Source: a virus (Duplodnaviria > Caudoviricetes). From it: a stretch of 64,000 bases of DNA. This document shows, one piece after another, positions 19,193 to 28,587 of this stretch. Below the pieces are notes generated by a model. The model was not told the origin of the DNA, ran no database searches, and saw only the letters and a program-made list of their open reading frames with translations. The stretch is from IMG/VR virus record IMGVR_UViG_3300021387_001066, positions 1 through 64,000 of that record. The stretch is one strand, 5' to 3'. Both the position numbers and the translations under genes were made by a program. Position 1 is the stretch's first letter. Each line of letters opens with the position of its first letter.

Positions 19193-19459
19193 ATGAGTAT
19201 TCAGACGTACAAAAGAACAGACCTTAACGAGCCTTTCAGCTATTCTAAGGTAGGCAATGCCACCGAAAAAATCCAAAAGTTCGTTAAGTATCTCCATGAC
19301 TTCCTCCCAGTGATAGAGGAAGAGTTCAATGACCTTGAGAAGAGAAGCAAGACTTCCCCTAATGAGATATTTCCTATCAAGATGAATGCCCTGCAGGATA
19401 TCTACAATGCTGCAGAGCCTTTGTATAAGTGGTATGTTGAAAGGAGAAAGCAGTCATGA
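19193..19459 (+). CDS. hypothetical protein
   Basis: ORF track. Confidence 0.6.
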   Translation: MSIQTYKRTDLNEPFSYSKVGNATEKIQKFVKYLHDFLPVIEEEFNDLEKRSKTSPNEIFPIKMNALQDIYNAAEPLYKWYVERRKQS

Positions 19460-20499
19460 CCATTGAGAAGGAATTAAAGGATATTAGCTGGCAAGTTCCA
19501 GAAGAAACCTACCGTGCAGATCCATTTTTAAGCTATTCTACACTCTCTACCTATGAAAGACTTGGTTTTGATGGACTTGACCATTTATTTGACAAGCTTG
19601 ACACTCCATCATTAACACTAGGATCTGCTGTAGATTCAATAATCACTGGAGGCTGGGATGAATTCAATCAGAGATTTCAAGTACTAGATATCAATATAAC
19701 TGATGGAGGTCTTGATACGTGTAAGCAGCTTATGTCAATGAATCTTCCGTATCTTTCCTTTGAAGAGATACCAGAGCAGGTAGTATCTGCTGCAGCTAAA
19801 GTGGCTGGTTTTTGGAAGGCTGATAAGTGGGATAAAGTAAGATACAGGGAAGTGCTGAAGACAGGTAATATTGCAGAGTACTATAATGCTATGTTGCACA
19901 GTGACAAGACTATCATTGATACTAATACCTACAATGATGCTCTCAACATGGTTAAGGCTCTCAGGGAATCTCCAGCAACCTCTGGCTACTTTGCAGAGGA
20001 CGATGAGTTTTCTCCTGTGAGAAGGTATTATCAACTAAAGTTCAAAGCTATTGTTGATGGCATAGGTTACAGATGCATGCCCGACTTAATCTGCGTGGAT
20101 TATGAGGATAAGATAGTCTATCCGATAGACCTCAAGACCTCTGGAAAGCCTGAGTATAACTTTGAGAAAAGCTTTGAGCAATTCAACTATATGATTCAGT
20201 CAAGGCTATATTGGAGAATAATCAGGGCCAATATGCTAAATGACCCTTATTTCAAGGAGTTTAAGCTTGCTGACTATAAGTTCATAGTAGTAAATAAGAA
20301 TACCCTTACACCTCTTGTATGGGAATTTCCTTTGACTCAATTCTATGGAACACTTGTAGATGAAGAAGGCAAGGAGTACAGAGATCCTTATGTAATTGGC
20401 AAGGAGCTAAGAGGCTATCTTGACTTGAGACCAAGAGTACCAAATGGAATATCCATCGATGGAGTAAATACTATCAACTGTTTAAAACTGAAGTCATAA
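19456..20499 (+). CDS. PD-(D/E)XK exonuclease (RecE/exonuclease VIII-like)
   Basis: LSYSTL, LGSAVD, CMPDL, IDLKTS, YMIQSRLY. Confidence 0.75.
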   Translation: MTIEKELKDISWQVPEETYRADPFLSYSTLSTYERLGFDGLDHLFDKLDTPSLTLGSAVDSIITGGWDEFNQRFQVLDINITDGGLDTCKQLMSMNLPYLSFEEIPEQVVSAAAKVAGFWKADKWDKVRYREVLKTGNIAEYYNAMLHSDKTIIDTNTYNDALNMVKALRESPATSGYFAEDDEFSPVRRYYQLKFKAIVDGIGYRCMPDLICVDYEDKIVYPIDLKTSGKPEYNFEKSFEQFNYMIQSRLYWRIIRANMLNDPYFKEFKLADYKFIVVNKNTLTPLVWEFPLTQFYGTLVDEEGKEYRDPYVIGKELRGYLDLRPRVPNGISIDGVNTINCLKLKS

Positions 20500-20747
20500 T
20501 GGGAAGAAGGACATTAGCTAGCTTATGCGAAGAGTATGAAGTAAAGGACTACTTTGAATTGCTGTGTAAAGTATGGCTGACAGGCAAGAAGAAGGAAGCC
20601 TTAAGAATGGTGTTCCAGATGAGACCTAAGAATATCAAGGAATTCATGGTAGAGCTTAACAACTGTACCTTTACAGGAATACTCGGAGATGATGGTCCTT
20701 GGCAACCTGAGTTTTTAGATAAGATAATCTGGGAATTAGATATTTAA
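20499..20747 (+). CDS. hypothetical protein
   Basis: ORF track. Confidence 0.6.
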   Translation: MGRRTLASLCEEYEVKDYFELLCKVWLTGKKKEALRMVFQMRPKNIKEFMVELNNCTFTGILGDDGPWQPEFLDKIIWELDI

Positions 20748-20751
20748 GACT

Positions 20752-21084
20752 ATGTATAGTAAAGACAGAAGAGAATACTCTGTAGTAAAGAATCTATCTA
20801 AGGAGCTTCTGAAGGAATTTGGAGAACTTGAAAAGCTCTATAAGCAGTATGCAAAGAAGACTTATGGTAATGGTACTGCAGCCTTCATAGAACCTGATAA
20901 TTATGGTAAGGACAGATATAGATTCACTATAAGGTTTGTTAATGCACAGATATTCCCAAAAGAGATTGAGAATTCTCTTGCATACCTTGTCAAGTGGGCT
21001 ATTACTGACACTAAAATGGCAGTACTCAAGAGGAATTCTCTGATGTATGGATTCTTTGCTTCTAAACATAAGGTAATAGTATGA
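20752..21084 (+). CDS. hypothetical protein
   Basis: ORF track. Confidence 0.6.
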   Translation: MYSKDRREYSVVKNLSKELLKEFGELEKLYKQYAKKTYGNGTAAFIEPDNYGKDRYRFTIRFVNAQIFPKEIENSLAYLVKWAITDTKMAVLKRNSLMYGFFASKHKVIV

Positions 21085-21224
21085 CTAGGCGTAATATACA
21101 ATTTAGAGACAACACAGGCTGTCTTGGATGTCTGTATGTAGTTATCATGGGCTGGCTGATACTGTGTACTCTGGTAGGAGGATATAAGATTTTAGATTGG
21201 ATAATTAACTTGTAAGTAAAATAG

Positions 21225-21773
21225 ATGGAAATAAAGGTTTTGGAGAAAACTGCTGGATGTTTTCCAGTGGAATTGGCAAATGGTGAATGGTTTGACTTGA
21301 CTCTTGCAGAGGATGTAAAACTTAGGGCTCCCTATGCAAGGACACTTCATAAGAAAAAGACAGACAAGGATGATGTTGAGAGATTCAGGGATGTGTCTTT
21401 CAACTATGCCATGCTGCCTCTTGGAGTGGCTATGGAGATACCAAAAGGCTATGAAGCACATATTGCACCAAGAAGTTCTACATTTAAGCACTGGGGAATA
21501 CTGGAAACTAATGGTTTTGGCATTATAGACAACAGCTATAAGAGTGATAAGGACGAATGGAAGATGCCTGTAGTAGCTACTAGAAATATTACAATTCCAA
21601 AAGGTACCAGAATCTGCCAATTCAGAATACAACTCTCTCAGAAAGCTACTATGTGGCAGAAAATCAAGTGGCTGTTCAGTTCTCATGTAAAACTTGTGAA
21701 AGTACTGAGCTTGAACAATCTAGAAAGAGGAGGCTTTGGTTCAACTGGGAAAAGTGTTTCAGATGTAAAATGA
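21225..21773 (+). CDS. dut: trimeric dUTPase
   Basis: APRSS, GIIDNSY, RICQF, RGGFGSTG. Confidence 0.92.
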   Translation: MEIKVLEKTAGCFPVELANGEWFDLTLAEDVKLRAPYARTLHKKKTDKDDVERFRDVSFNYAMLPLGVAMEIPKGYEAHIAPRSSTFKHWGILETNGFGIIDNSYKSDKDEWKMPVVATRNITIPKGTRICQFRIQLSQKATMWQKIKWLFSSHVKLVKVLSLNNLERGGFGSTGKSVSDVK

Positions 21774-21929
21774 AAGAAAGAGTTTGGAATAAATTTGAGA
21801 TGTTGAAAGATGCACTTGGCATTGATGTGCTTCTTGAAGAATTGGCTGATGAGATACCCCTCAATCAGCTAGAAGAGTATCTAAATGCCATTGCAGAAGA
21901 AAACGATGTTGATTTTTAAAAACTAAATT

Positions 21930-22373
21930 ATGATTAAAGAACTGATTAACAAGCTGTTTAAGAAACCAGATAATTCTGTGTCATTCAAAAGTGGTATGGA
22001 TTTGACTGGATTGCCAGTAGTAACATTGTACCAAGGAGAGAAAAAGCTTAACTTCCTTCTTGATACAGGCTCTTCTGACAGTATCATTGATACTAATATC
22101 TTAGACAGTATAGACTATACAAAGAGCGACTATCATAATACTCTTATGGGCATGGAGGGAGAGCAAAAGGTTGTCCCTTTGTGCTTAATAACCTTAACCT
22201 ATAACAACAAAGATTATGAGTTTGCTTATCTTCAGAATGATATGAAGAAAGTATTTGGTCATATCAAGAAGGCTAGTGGGGTTACACTTCATGGTATTCT
22301 TGGTTCTAACTTTTTCAACCAATTTAAGTATATTTTGGATTTCAACGAGCTGATTGCATATAGCAAAGCATGA
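21930..22373 (+). CDS. retropepsin-like aspartyl protease
   Basis: FLLDTGSS and GILGSNFF. Confidence 0.85.
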   Translation: MIKELINKLFKKPDNSVSFKSGMDLTGLPVVTLYQGEKKLNFLLDTGSSDSIIDTNILDSIDYTKSDYHNTLMGMEGEQKVVPLCLITLTYNNKDYEFAYLQNDMKKVFGHIKKASGVTLHGILGSNFFNQFKYILDFNELIAYSKA

Positions 22374-24430
22374 TATTTTTGGTGACAAAACAGCAGGAAC
22401 TCTTTGACAGAGAAGACTATACCATCATCTCTGTTGAGGAGTCCTTGCAACTAATGAAAGATTGGAAAGTTATTCAACTTGATTCAGAGACCTCAGGAAG
22501 GGATGCCCACTTGTGTGACTTCCTCTGTGTTCAATTTGGCAATGACGCTGCTGATGCAAGAATTGTAGTTGATTGCTCTACAATAAACATCAAACTCTAT
22601 AAAAATAAACTCGAAAGTACCCTGTGTATACTTCAGAATGCAAAATTTGATTTGCAGTTCTTTTTCAATTATGGTATTATCCTTAGAAAGATATATGATA
22701 CCATGATTGTAGAGCAGTTAATCTATCTTGGATGGCCAGCAGGACAGATCTCCTATGCACTTAATGCCATTGCAGACAGAAGGCTGAATATCAATATTGA
22801 TAAGACAGTCAGAGGAGAAATTGTTTGGAGAGGCTTGGATTCTTCTGTAATCAACTATGCTGCTGGAGATGTTACATACCTTGAGAAGATAATGTGGTCA
22901 CAGGTAGAAGATCTTAAGAAGCTGAATATGTTGAATGCTGCAAAGTTAGAGTGTGATTTTATTCCTTCTCTTGCTTATATGGAATGGTGTGGCATTCTTC
23001 TTGACAGGGAAAAATGGATGCTTAAGATGAAAAATGATCAGAAAGCCTTAAAAGTAGCAAAGGAAAAACTTGATTTATTTGTAACATCTAATCCAATCTA
23101 CAAGAAATATACTTATGTAAATCTTCAGGGAGATTTGTTCTCAGGCTTTGATAGTACTCCAAAGTGTACCATTAATTGGGATAGTCCTTCGCAGGTAACA
23201 GCATTCTTTAAACTTTTAGGATTTAATACAGCTGTGCAAGATAAGAAGACAGGTGAAGATAAGGATAGTGTACTTGAGAAGGTTCTTAAGGGTCAAAAGG
23301 GAATTAATGATGAGTTCCTCAATATATATTTTGACTATAAGGAACATTCTAAGGTATGCAGTACTTATGGGCAGGGCCATCTTAATATGATTAATCCAAA
23401 GACTGGAAGAATACATACTGTATTTAAACAGCTTGGTGCAGCATCTGGAAGACTTTCATGTGGCTCAAAGCAGCCTAATGAAGATTTAGCCAAGGCAAAT
23501 AAGGTACTTCCAAAAGACTGCACATATTGTAATCTCCAACAGCTTCCAGCAGATGAGCCTACCAGAAGCTCTTTTGTAGCCCCAGAAGGATATATGTTTG
23601 TGTCTGCAGACTTCTCTGCAGAAGAAAGCAGACTAGGAGCTGATATATATCAAGATAAGGAATTCTTGAAAGAGTTCAAGGAAGGTTCTGGAGATACCCA
23701 TAATATGTTTGCATGGATTGTATATAATAAAGAATGCAGAGAATTAGGCTGCAAGGATGCTACAGAAGTTAAGAAGAAAGCTCCTCAATGGAGAAAGAAA
23801 GTAAAAGGCTTTGAGTTTGGATATATGTTTGGAGCTGCGGCACCTACATTGGCAGCTACAGCAGGGTGCTCTGTTGAAGAAGCACAAGCCGTTGTAGATA
23901 AACTTGATAAGGCTTTTGAAGGAATGACTGCATTTGCTAAGAAAGGTGCTGAGTTTGTAAGAAGTCATGGTTATATTATCATCAACCCTACTACTGGACA
24001 TAGGCTTAACTGGTGGGATTGGAATGAGTGGAAGGAAAGACAGAAGAGATATAATGAACCTGGTTTCTGGGAAGATTTTAAGGTAAATCATAAAGGAACA
24101 GGTGATGCTGTGGCTCTTGAGGTAAGACATCATTTCCAAGCGGCTAGCAAATATGATAGGCTTGCAAGGAATGTAGTAACTCAAGGTACTGGGGCAATAA
24201 TACTCAAATCTGCTATGACTACCTTGTTTAATTGGATTGTGGATAATGCTTATTTTAATATTATCCATATCTGTGTGGCTGTCCATGATGAGATAAACTG
24301 TGATTATCCAGAGTATGTAAAAGATTTTCCTGATACTCTTGAGACTATTATGGAAAATGCAGCAGGTAAGTACTGTAAAAGCCTCCCTATACCAGCAGAA
24401 GCTTCTGTTGAGAAGTTTTGGGTACATTAA
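22370..24430 (+). CDS. polA: family A DNA polymerase with 3'-5' exonuclease
   Basis: ExoI DSE, ExoII NAKFD, ExoIII YAAGD; TGRIH; NLQQLP; motif A ADFSAEESR; motif B RKKVKGFEFGYMFG; motif C VHDE. Confidence 0.93.
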   Translation: MIFLVTKQQELFDREDYTIISVEESLQLMKDWKVIQLDSETSGRDAHLCDFLCVQFGNDAADARIVVDCSTINIKLYKNKLESTLCILQNAKFDLQFFFNYGIILRKIYDTMIVEQLIYLGWPAGQISYALNAIADRRLNINIDKTVRGEIVWRGLDSSVINYAAGDVTYLEKIMWSQVEDLKKLNMLNAAKLECDFIPSLAYMEWCGILLDREKWMLKMKNDQKALKVAKEKLDLFVTSNPIYKKYTYVNLQGDLFSGFDSTPKCTINWDSPSQVTAFFKLLGFNTAVQDKKTGEDKDSVLEKVLKGQKGINDEFLNIYFDYKEHSKVCSTYGQGHLNMINPKTGRIHTVFKQLGAASGRLSCGSKQPNEDLAKANKVLPKDCTYCNLQQLPADEPTRSSFVAPEGYMFVSADFSAEESRLGADIYQDKEFLKEFKEGSGDTHNMFAWIVYNKECRELGCKDATEVKKKAPQWRKKVKGFEFGYMFGAAAPTLAATAGCSVEEAQAVVDKLDKAFEGMTAFAKKGAEFVRSHGYIIINPTTGHRLNWWDWNEWKERQKRYNEPGFWEDFKVNHKGTGDAVALEVRHHFQAASKYDRLARNVVTQGTGAIILKSAMTTLFNWIVDNAYFNIIHICVAVHDEINCDYPEYVKDFPDTLETIMENAAGKYCKSLPIPAEASVEKFWVH

Positions 24431-24440
24431 ACCGCTATTT

Positions 24441-24701
24441 ATGGAATTGATTAGATCACTAAAGGAGAGGCACAAGGCTTCTCAGAGAAATGATATTTGG
24501 CAAAGGGCTGAAAGCACTATTACACTAGATGACTTTGATAACAGCTTATACATTGCCTATAATGGAGTACCTCTTGTTCCCATTGAGAATGACTGGACTC
24601 CAGAAAAGATAATAAACAAGCTCTCTGAGCTTCGTACTAACTATGTAAAGGCTATGACCACTGAGCATAAGATGCCTCAGATGGTTGCAGCCTTGCTTTA
24701 A
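24441..24701 (+). CDS. hypothetical protein
   Basis: in-frame ATG at 24441. Confidence 0.6.
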   Translation: MELIRSLKERHKASQRNDIWQRAESTITLDDFDNSLYIAYNGVPLVPIENDWTPEKIINKLSELRTNYVKAMTTEHKMPQMVAALL

Positions 24702-24714
24702 AACAATTAAGACT

Positions 24715-25149
24715 ATGTTAATAGAGGTAAAAGCAAAGGTAAGCCGTAATATTGATGGCAAGACCAAGAAAAGACAAGAAACATTCCTTACGGATAAGGA
24801 GTTCTTTTCAGAAGCAGAATTCAAAGTTACTGAAACTCTTACTGAAGAGCAGGACAGCAAGCTTGTAGAGAGTTTTGAAATCACTTCCCTCAGGCAGTCT
24901 CCAATCAAGGAGATTGCTTCACAATATGCAGGGGAGTTCTCTTACATAGCATCTTTCAAGGATACCTTTGTAGGTGATGATGGTACAGAGAAACCTATTA
25001 AGTATAAGGTACTTCTCTGGGCTAATAGTCTTACAGAGGCTCTAGATAGGACAAATGAGCTTGCAAAGCAGGGATATGATATGACTGTAGAAGGATTAAA
25101 GGAAGTAGACTATGAGTATTTGGAAGAAGGAGGAACAGACAATGGGTGA
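24715..25149 (+). CDS. DUF4494-like Bacteroidota protein
   Basis: two-lobe pattern: E.FL.D...F.EAE..V and Y.VL..A.SL..A. Confidence 0.6.
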   Translation: MLIEVKAKVSRNIDGKTKKRQETFLTDKEFFSEAEFKVTETLTEEQDSKLVESFEITSLRQSPIKEIASQYAGEFSYIASFKDTFVGDDGTEKPIKYKVLLWANSLTEALDRTNELAKQGYDMTVEGLKEVDYEYLEEGGTDNG

Positions 25150-25408
25150 ACTTGAGAACTGCAACTTTGAAGATAATAGGGTTGAACATCCATCTCATTA
25201 TCTCTGGTTGAAGGAAAAATGTGGCATTGAGGTCATTGATATTGCCAGACACATGAACTTTGATCTTGGGAACTGTATTAAGTATATCCTCAGAAGTGGG
25301 CATAAAACTGAGTCTGGAATGACTGCAAGGGAAAAGCAGATTGAAGACCTCAAGAAAGCAAGATTCTATATTAACGATGAAATTGAAAGATTGGAGAAAG
25401 AAGTATGA
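25142..25408 (+). CDS. DUF3310 family protein
   Basis: VEHPSHY, IEVID, GNCIKYILRSGHK, EDLKKARFYI. Confidence 0.85.
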   Translation: MGELENCNFEDNRVEHPSHYLWLKEKCGIEVIDIARHMNFDLGNCIKYILRSGHKTESGMTAREKQIEDLKKARFYINDEIERLEKEV

Positions 25409-25785
25409 AAGACAGAGATTACTATCCCGCAGGAGCCTATAATGATCCTTATGCACCGTATAATTGGCCAGAGAATGATCCAGAAGAATTTGACTGTTTT
25501 GTATCCCAAACATTAAGCAAGACAACAGGTATATTTACAGACCAGTATATTGCAGAATGGGATGGGGAGCAAGGTGTGGACTATGACCTTTCTGAAGTAG
25601 ATTGGCCTAATGAGTACCATGCTAATGACCACTATACTCCCCTCCAACTTATTGAACTCTTCAAGAAGGAACTTGAGAGTAAACTTGAACTTGCTGATAA
25701 TCCAAAGGAGCAGAAGTGGTGTAAATTTATGATTGAGGAATGCAGTAATTGGACAGAAGATGAATGTGAAATCTGTGGAGGGTAA
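25405..25785 (+). CDS. hypothetical protein
   Basis: ORF track; YPAGAYNDPYAPYN N-terminus. Confidence 0.65.
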   Translation: MKDRDYYPAGAYNDPYAPYNWPENDPEEFDCFVSQTLSKTTGIFTDQYIAEWDGEQGVDYDLSEVDWPNEYHANDHYTPLQLIELFKKELESKLELADNPKEQKWCKFMIEECSNWTEDECEICGG

Positions 25786-25787
25786 AT

Positions 25788-26144
25788 ATGAGTAAGAGTA
25801 TTGAATTAAGTCCAAAGCATGGGGTAAATCCAAGTGTTACCCACTGTGAATGCTGTGGTAAGGAAATAGGCATTGCTATGTTTGGTAAGCTAAAGGATGA
25901 TAAGGAAGCTCCAAGAGATGTGTATATGGGGCTTTGCGATGACTGCCAGAAGGTAGTCGATTCTGGAGGATTACTGATTATAGAGGTGAGGGATGGTGAG
26001 AGTGGTACTAATCCATATAGGACTGGTAGGATAGTAGGTATTAAGAAGGAAGCCAAAGAAAGACTTTTCAAAGACTTAAAATCTTCCATGTGCTATATGG
26101 AAAACTCAATGTTTTCAAGACTTTTTGAGAACATAGCCTCTTGA
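25788..26144 (+). CDS. Zn-binding hypothetical protein
   Basis: CECCG and CDDC pairs. Confidence 0.65.
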   Translation: MSKSIELSPKHGVNPSVTHCECCGKEIGIAMFGKLKDDKEAPRDVYMGLCDDCQKVVDSGGLLIIEVRDGESGTNPYRTGRIVGIKKEAKERLFKDLKSSMCYMENSMFSRLFENIAS

Positions 26145-26213
26145 AATCTAAGTAAATCATTTATTTTATTTAAAGTGTTTTTTAGTAGTGTTTTATAGGT
26201 ATTATCTCTGAAG

Positions 26214-26221
26214 TATCTTTG
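26214..26221 (+). promoter_or_regulatory. Bacteroidota -7 element TATCTTTG
   Basis: TAnnTTTG directly upstream of the structured region. Confidence 0.6.
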
Positions 26222-26227
26222 TAGTGT

Positions 26228-26408
26228 GAAACAAGTAGTCGCAGGCTTGATTCAGAGGACATAGTGAAATAGACTGGCATAAGCCAACCCTATATTTGAG
26301 TTCCACATTAAGTACTGCATCTACTTAAGGGAACTCACGAGAGATTCCCTGTTAAGTACCTGCGACTACTTGATAGGGAAAACTCTTTTATAGGGTTGGC
26401 CTTTTTTC
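26228..26408 (+). ncRNA. candidate structured sRNA or attenuator
   Basis: 14-bp and 12-bp perfect long-range complements, nested hairpins, terminal T6, upstream promoter. Confidence 0.5.
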
Positions 26409-26414
26409 ACCGAG

Positions 26415-26765
26415 AACAATGGGCCCAGTGCCACAGCACTGATCACCTTAACTAGGCTTGAAACATAGCATATAGAAGGTTAGACGTAGGGTTAGTAAGT
26501 ACAGGTAGTGATACCAACATAGTACTGAGGTTAAAAGCTCATGCTCCTACAGGCCTGAAAATGTTCCAGGATATATGACTGTAGTGTCAGCTTTCTGTGG
26601 TTTGAGGGGTAAAGCTGGCCAGTGAGGTTTACAGGGTGAGAGTCCCAACAAAAAATGTCTTCTATGAATAGAGGAAATTGACCGCCTGCAGTTTAAGTCC
26701 TAAGGAGGAATGAAGAGTCAGATGTTTTTGCTCAGTTCTGCTGGGCAGGGAAAAACTATGTTCAT
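26415..26765 (+). ncRNA. candidate large structured ncRNA or long 5' leader
   Basis: ORF-free, GC-richer than flanks, multiple stems; no family recognised. Confidence 0.35.
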
Positions 26766-26803
26766 TTAACAATTAAACTTTAAACAATTTAATATTTAAT
26801 ACT

Positions 26804-27250
26804 ATGAGCAGTTACTTAAATTTCTATTTAGTCCCTAAGAAGAAAGAAGGTCAATCTGAAGAGTCAGAACCTATACATTTGATGAGCTACAGCAGAAATT
26901 CTGATGTGTACCAAAATTACTATGATTATCTAAATCCTGCCTATTATTCAGGTGCAGATGACAAAGTAAACTACACAGAGCTTACTCCTCATGATGCCCA
27001 GTATGTGGTTGATAAGGCTAGGGAAGACCTCTTGAAGTCAGAGAAAAGCTTTGATGATATGGTTACTGCCTATAAGAGCCTAGACAATCTTCCGAAGGAC
27101 ACTCTTGAAGACTATATATTAGACTATACTTCAAGAAAGCAATATATTGATGAGCTTAAGGATGGCATTAGAGAGCTTGAGTTTATTGCTGGTTTGGTTA
27201 AAGATTTGGAATTCTCTGGTTTTGAAAAGGTATTGATTAACATTGACTGA
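26804..27250 (+). CDS. hypothetical protein
   Basis: ORF track; typical AT-rich leader. Confidence 0.7.
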   Translation: MSSYLNFYLVPKKKEGQSEESEPIHLMSYSRNSDVYQNYYDYLNPAYYSGADDKVNYTELTPHDAQYVVDKAREDLLKSEKSFDDMVTAYKSLDNLPKDTLEDYILDYTSRKQYIDELKDGIRELEFIAGLVKDLEFSGFEKVLINID

Positions 27251-27452
27251 TATGAAGACTGGAATTATTAAGGACTTTTCGCTGCCTAACAACTATATTA
27301 CAGACAGCATTAACCTCTATAATACTCTTAGGGACTACTACAACAAGTATCCTTCAGAGAATACAGTGACTTTTGATGCATCAGGATATTCTAATCTTGA
27401 AAGTCTGAAGAATACACTTAAGAAGATAATCTATGGAGTAAAGGAGGATTAA
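27243..27452 (+). CDS. hypothetical protein
   Basis: ORF track. Confidence 0.55.
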   Translation: MTDMKTGIIKDFSLPNNYITDSINLYNTLRDYYNKYPSENTVTFDASGYSNLESLKNTLKKIIYGVKED

Positions 27453-27453
27453 C

Positions 27454-27651
27454 ATGGGGATTGCATTCATGCTTCTGTTACTAGGTATTGCAGGAATAAT
27501 GCTTATACATTATTCTTCTGTGGATATTTCATGCCCAAGATGTAAGAGTGATATGGAATATAAAGGAGATGTAGTTAAGCTTTCTAATGGCAAGAGGGTA
27601 GTAAAACACATGTACAAGTGCCCTCATTGTGGGGAAATTAAGACTGTTTGA
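27454..27651 (+). CDS. membrane-anchored Zn-ribbon protein
   Basis: N-terminal TM helix; CPRC...CPHC. Confidence 0.6.
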   Translation: MGIAFMLLLLGIAGIMLIHYSSVDISCPRCKSDMEYKGDVVKLSNGKRVVKHMYKCPHCGEIKTV

Positions 27652-28046
27652 CTATGAATGTAGAACAATTTGAAGAACTGGAAAAGAGTCTTTATGATAG
27701 GGGTTATCGTAAGTATATTCAACATTGGAAACATGAAGATTATGTTATAGGATTGCCTCTTCATAAAGATGACAATAAATGGGAAGAGGACAGATATGCA
27801 TATCAGATACTACTGCATATCTATGACCATAGAAATTGGCCTTCAGAATTTAATGTACCTTCAGAAGAGAGGAACAAAGTTGGTATTGAAATAACCATTG
27901 ATGTATCAAGAACTATAGATGAAAGGATGGAATTAGTCACTTCATGGGAAGATGATACTAAGATTGAGGATATAGAAGATATGGCAGAAAAGTTTTATAG
28001 TTGGGTTCAAGAGATATATCCAGAACCAAGAATGGAGGAACTATAA
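27648..28046 (+). CDS. hypothetical protein
   Basis: ORF track. Confidence 0.65.
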   Translation: MTMNVEQFEELEKSLYDRGYRKYIQHWKHEDYVIGLPLHKDDNKWEEDRYAYQILLHIYDHRNWPSEFNVPSEERNKVGIEITIDVSRTIDERMELVTSWEDDTKIEDIEDMAEKFYSWVQEIYPEPRMEEL

Positions 28047-28047
28047 T

Positions 28048-28587
28048 GTGGGAAATAATTATATAGCCTATAGTGATGGGTCTGGGGATAACATGCATCC
28101 CAACAGACCTGGAGGTGCTGCCTACATCATCCTTGATGAGACAGGCAAGGTGTTGAGAAAAAGAGCTAAAGGATGCATAAGCACTACTAACAATAGAATG
28201 GAATTGCTTGCCATAGTAAGCATCGTCAATGCCCTTCCAGCACATTCCTATGTGACAATCAATACTGATTCAGAGTATTGCATAAAAGCTCTTCGATCAA
28301 AGAATCCCAAGGCAAATCTAGACTTGATAGAGATGTATCATAAGATACGCAGTGATAAGAGTATCTGTGTTAATCTTGTGTGGGTAAAGGGACACAGTGG
28401 TGTCAAGTATAATGAAGAGTGTGACAAGATGGCCAATGAAGCCTATCAAAAGGTGAGGGATGCATATTCTGCAAAACCTCATTGTAAAGATTTAAAAACC
28501 AGCAACAAACGTAAGAAGAAAAATGAAAGCACTAATAAAAGCAAAAAGAGAAGATGTGTACAATGCCCCAATAATCCCTTGGAATAA
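28048..28587 (+). CDS. rnhA: ribonuclease HI
   Basis: SDGS, TNNRMELLA, TDSEY, WVKGHSG, NEECDKMA. Confidence 0.9.
   Translation: MGNNYIAYSDGSGDNMHPNRPGGAAYIILDETGKVLRKRAKGCISTTNNRMELLAIVSIVNALPAHSYVTINTDSEYCIKALRSKNPKANLDLIEMYHKIRSDKSICVNLVWVKGHSGVKYNEECDKMANEAYQKVRDAYSAKPHCKDLKTSNKRKKKNESTNKSKKRRCVQCPNNPLE

Noticed and set aside
19456-20499. Cas4/CRISPR adaptation nuclease
   Set aside because: No Fe-S Cys cluster; context beside the ATPase, SSB and resolvase indicates a recombination exonuclease.
17689-21773. Modified-base or uracil-DNA system
   Set aside because: UDG plus dUTPase is ordinary uracil exclusion; no base-modification enzymes are in the window.
23744-24475. 243-aa antisense ORF and the other 60-180 aa opposite-strand or alternate-frame ORFs in the track
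   Set aside because: They are shadows of well-supported genes, with no motifs or leaders and unnatural composition.
26232-26400. Invertible promoter or shufflon bounded by 14-bp inverted repeats
   Set aside because: The promoter lies outside the repeats, no recombinase is in the window, and the repeats interleave with a second pair, which fits RNA structure better.
26250-26760. Group I intron or RNase P RNA
   Set aside because: Only loose resemblances (TTCAGAGGAC, GAGGAAATTG). No P7/J8-7 or P4 consensus could be assembled, and no gene is interrupted.
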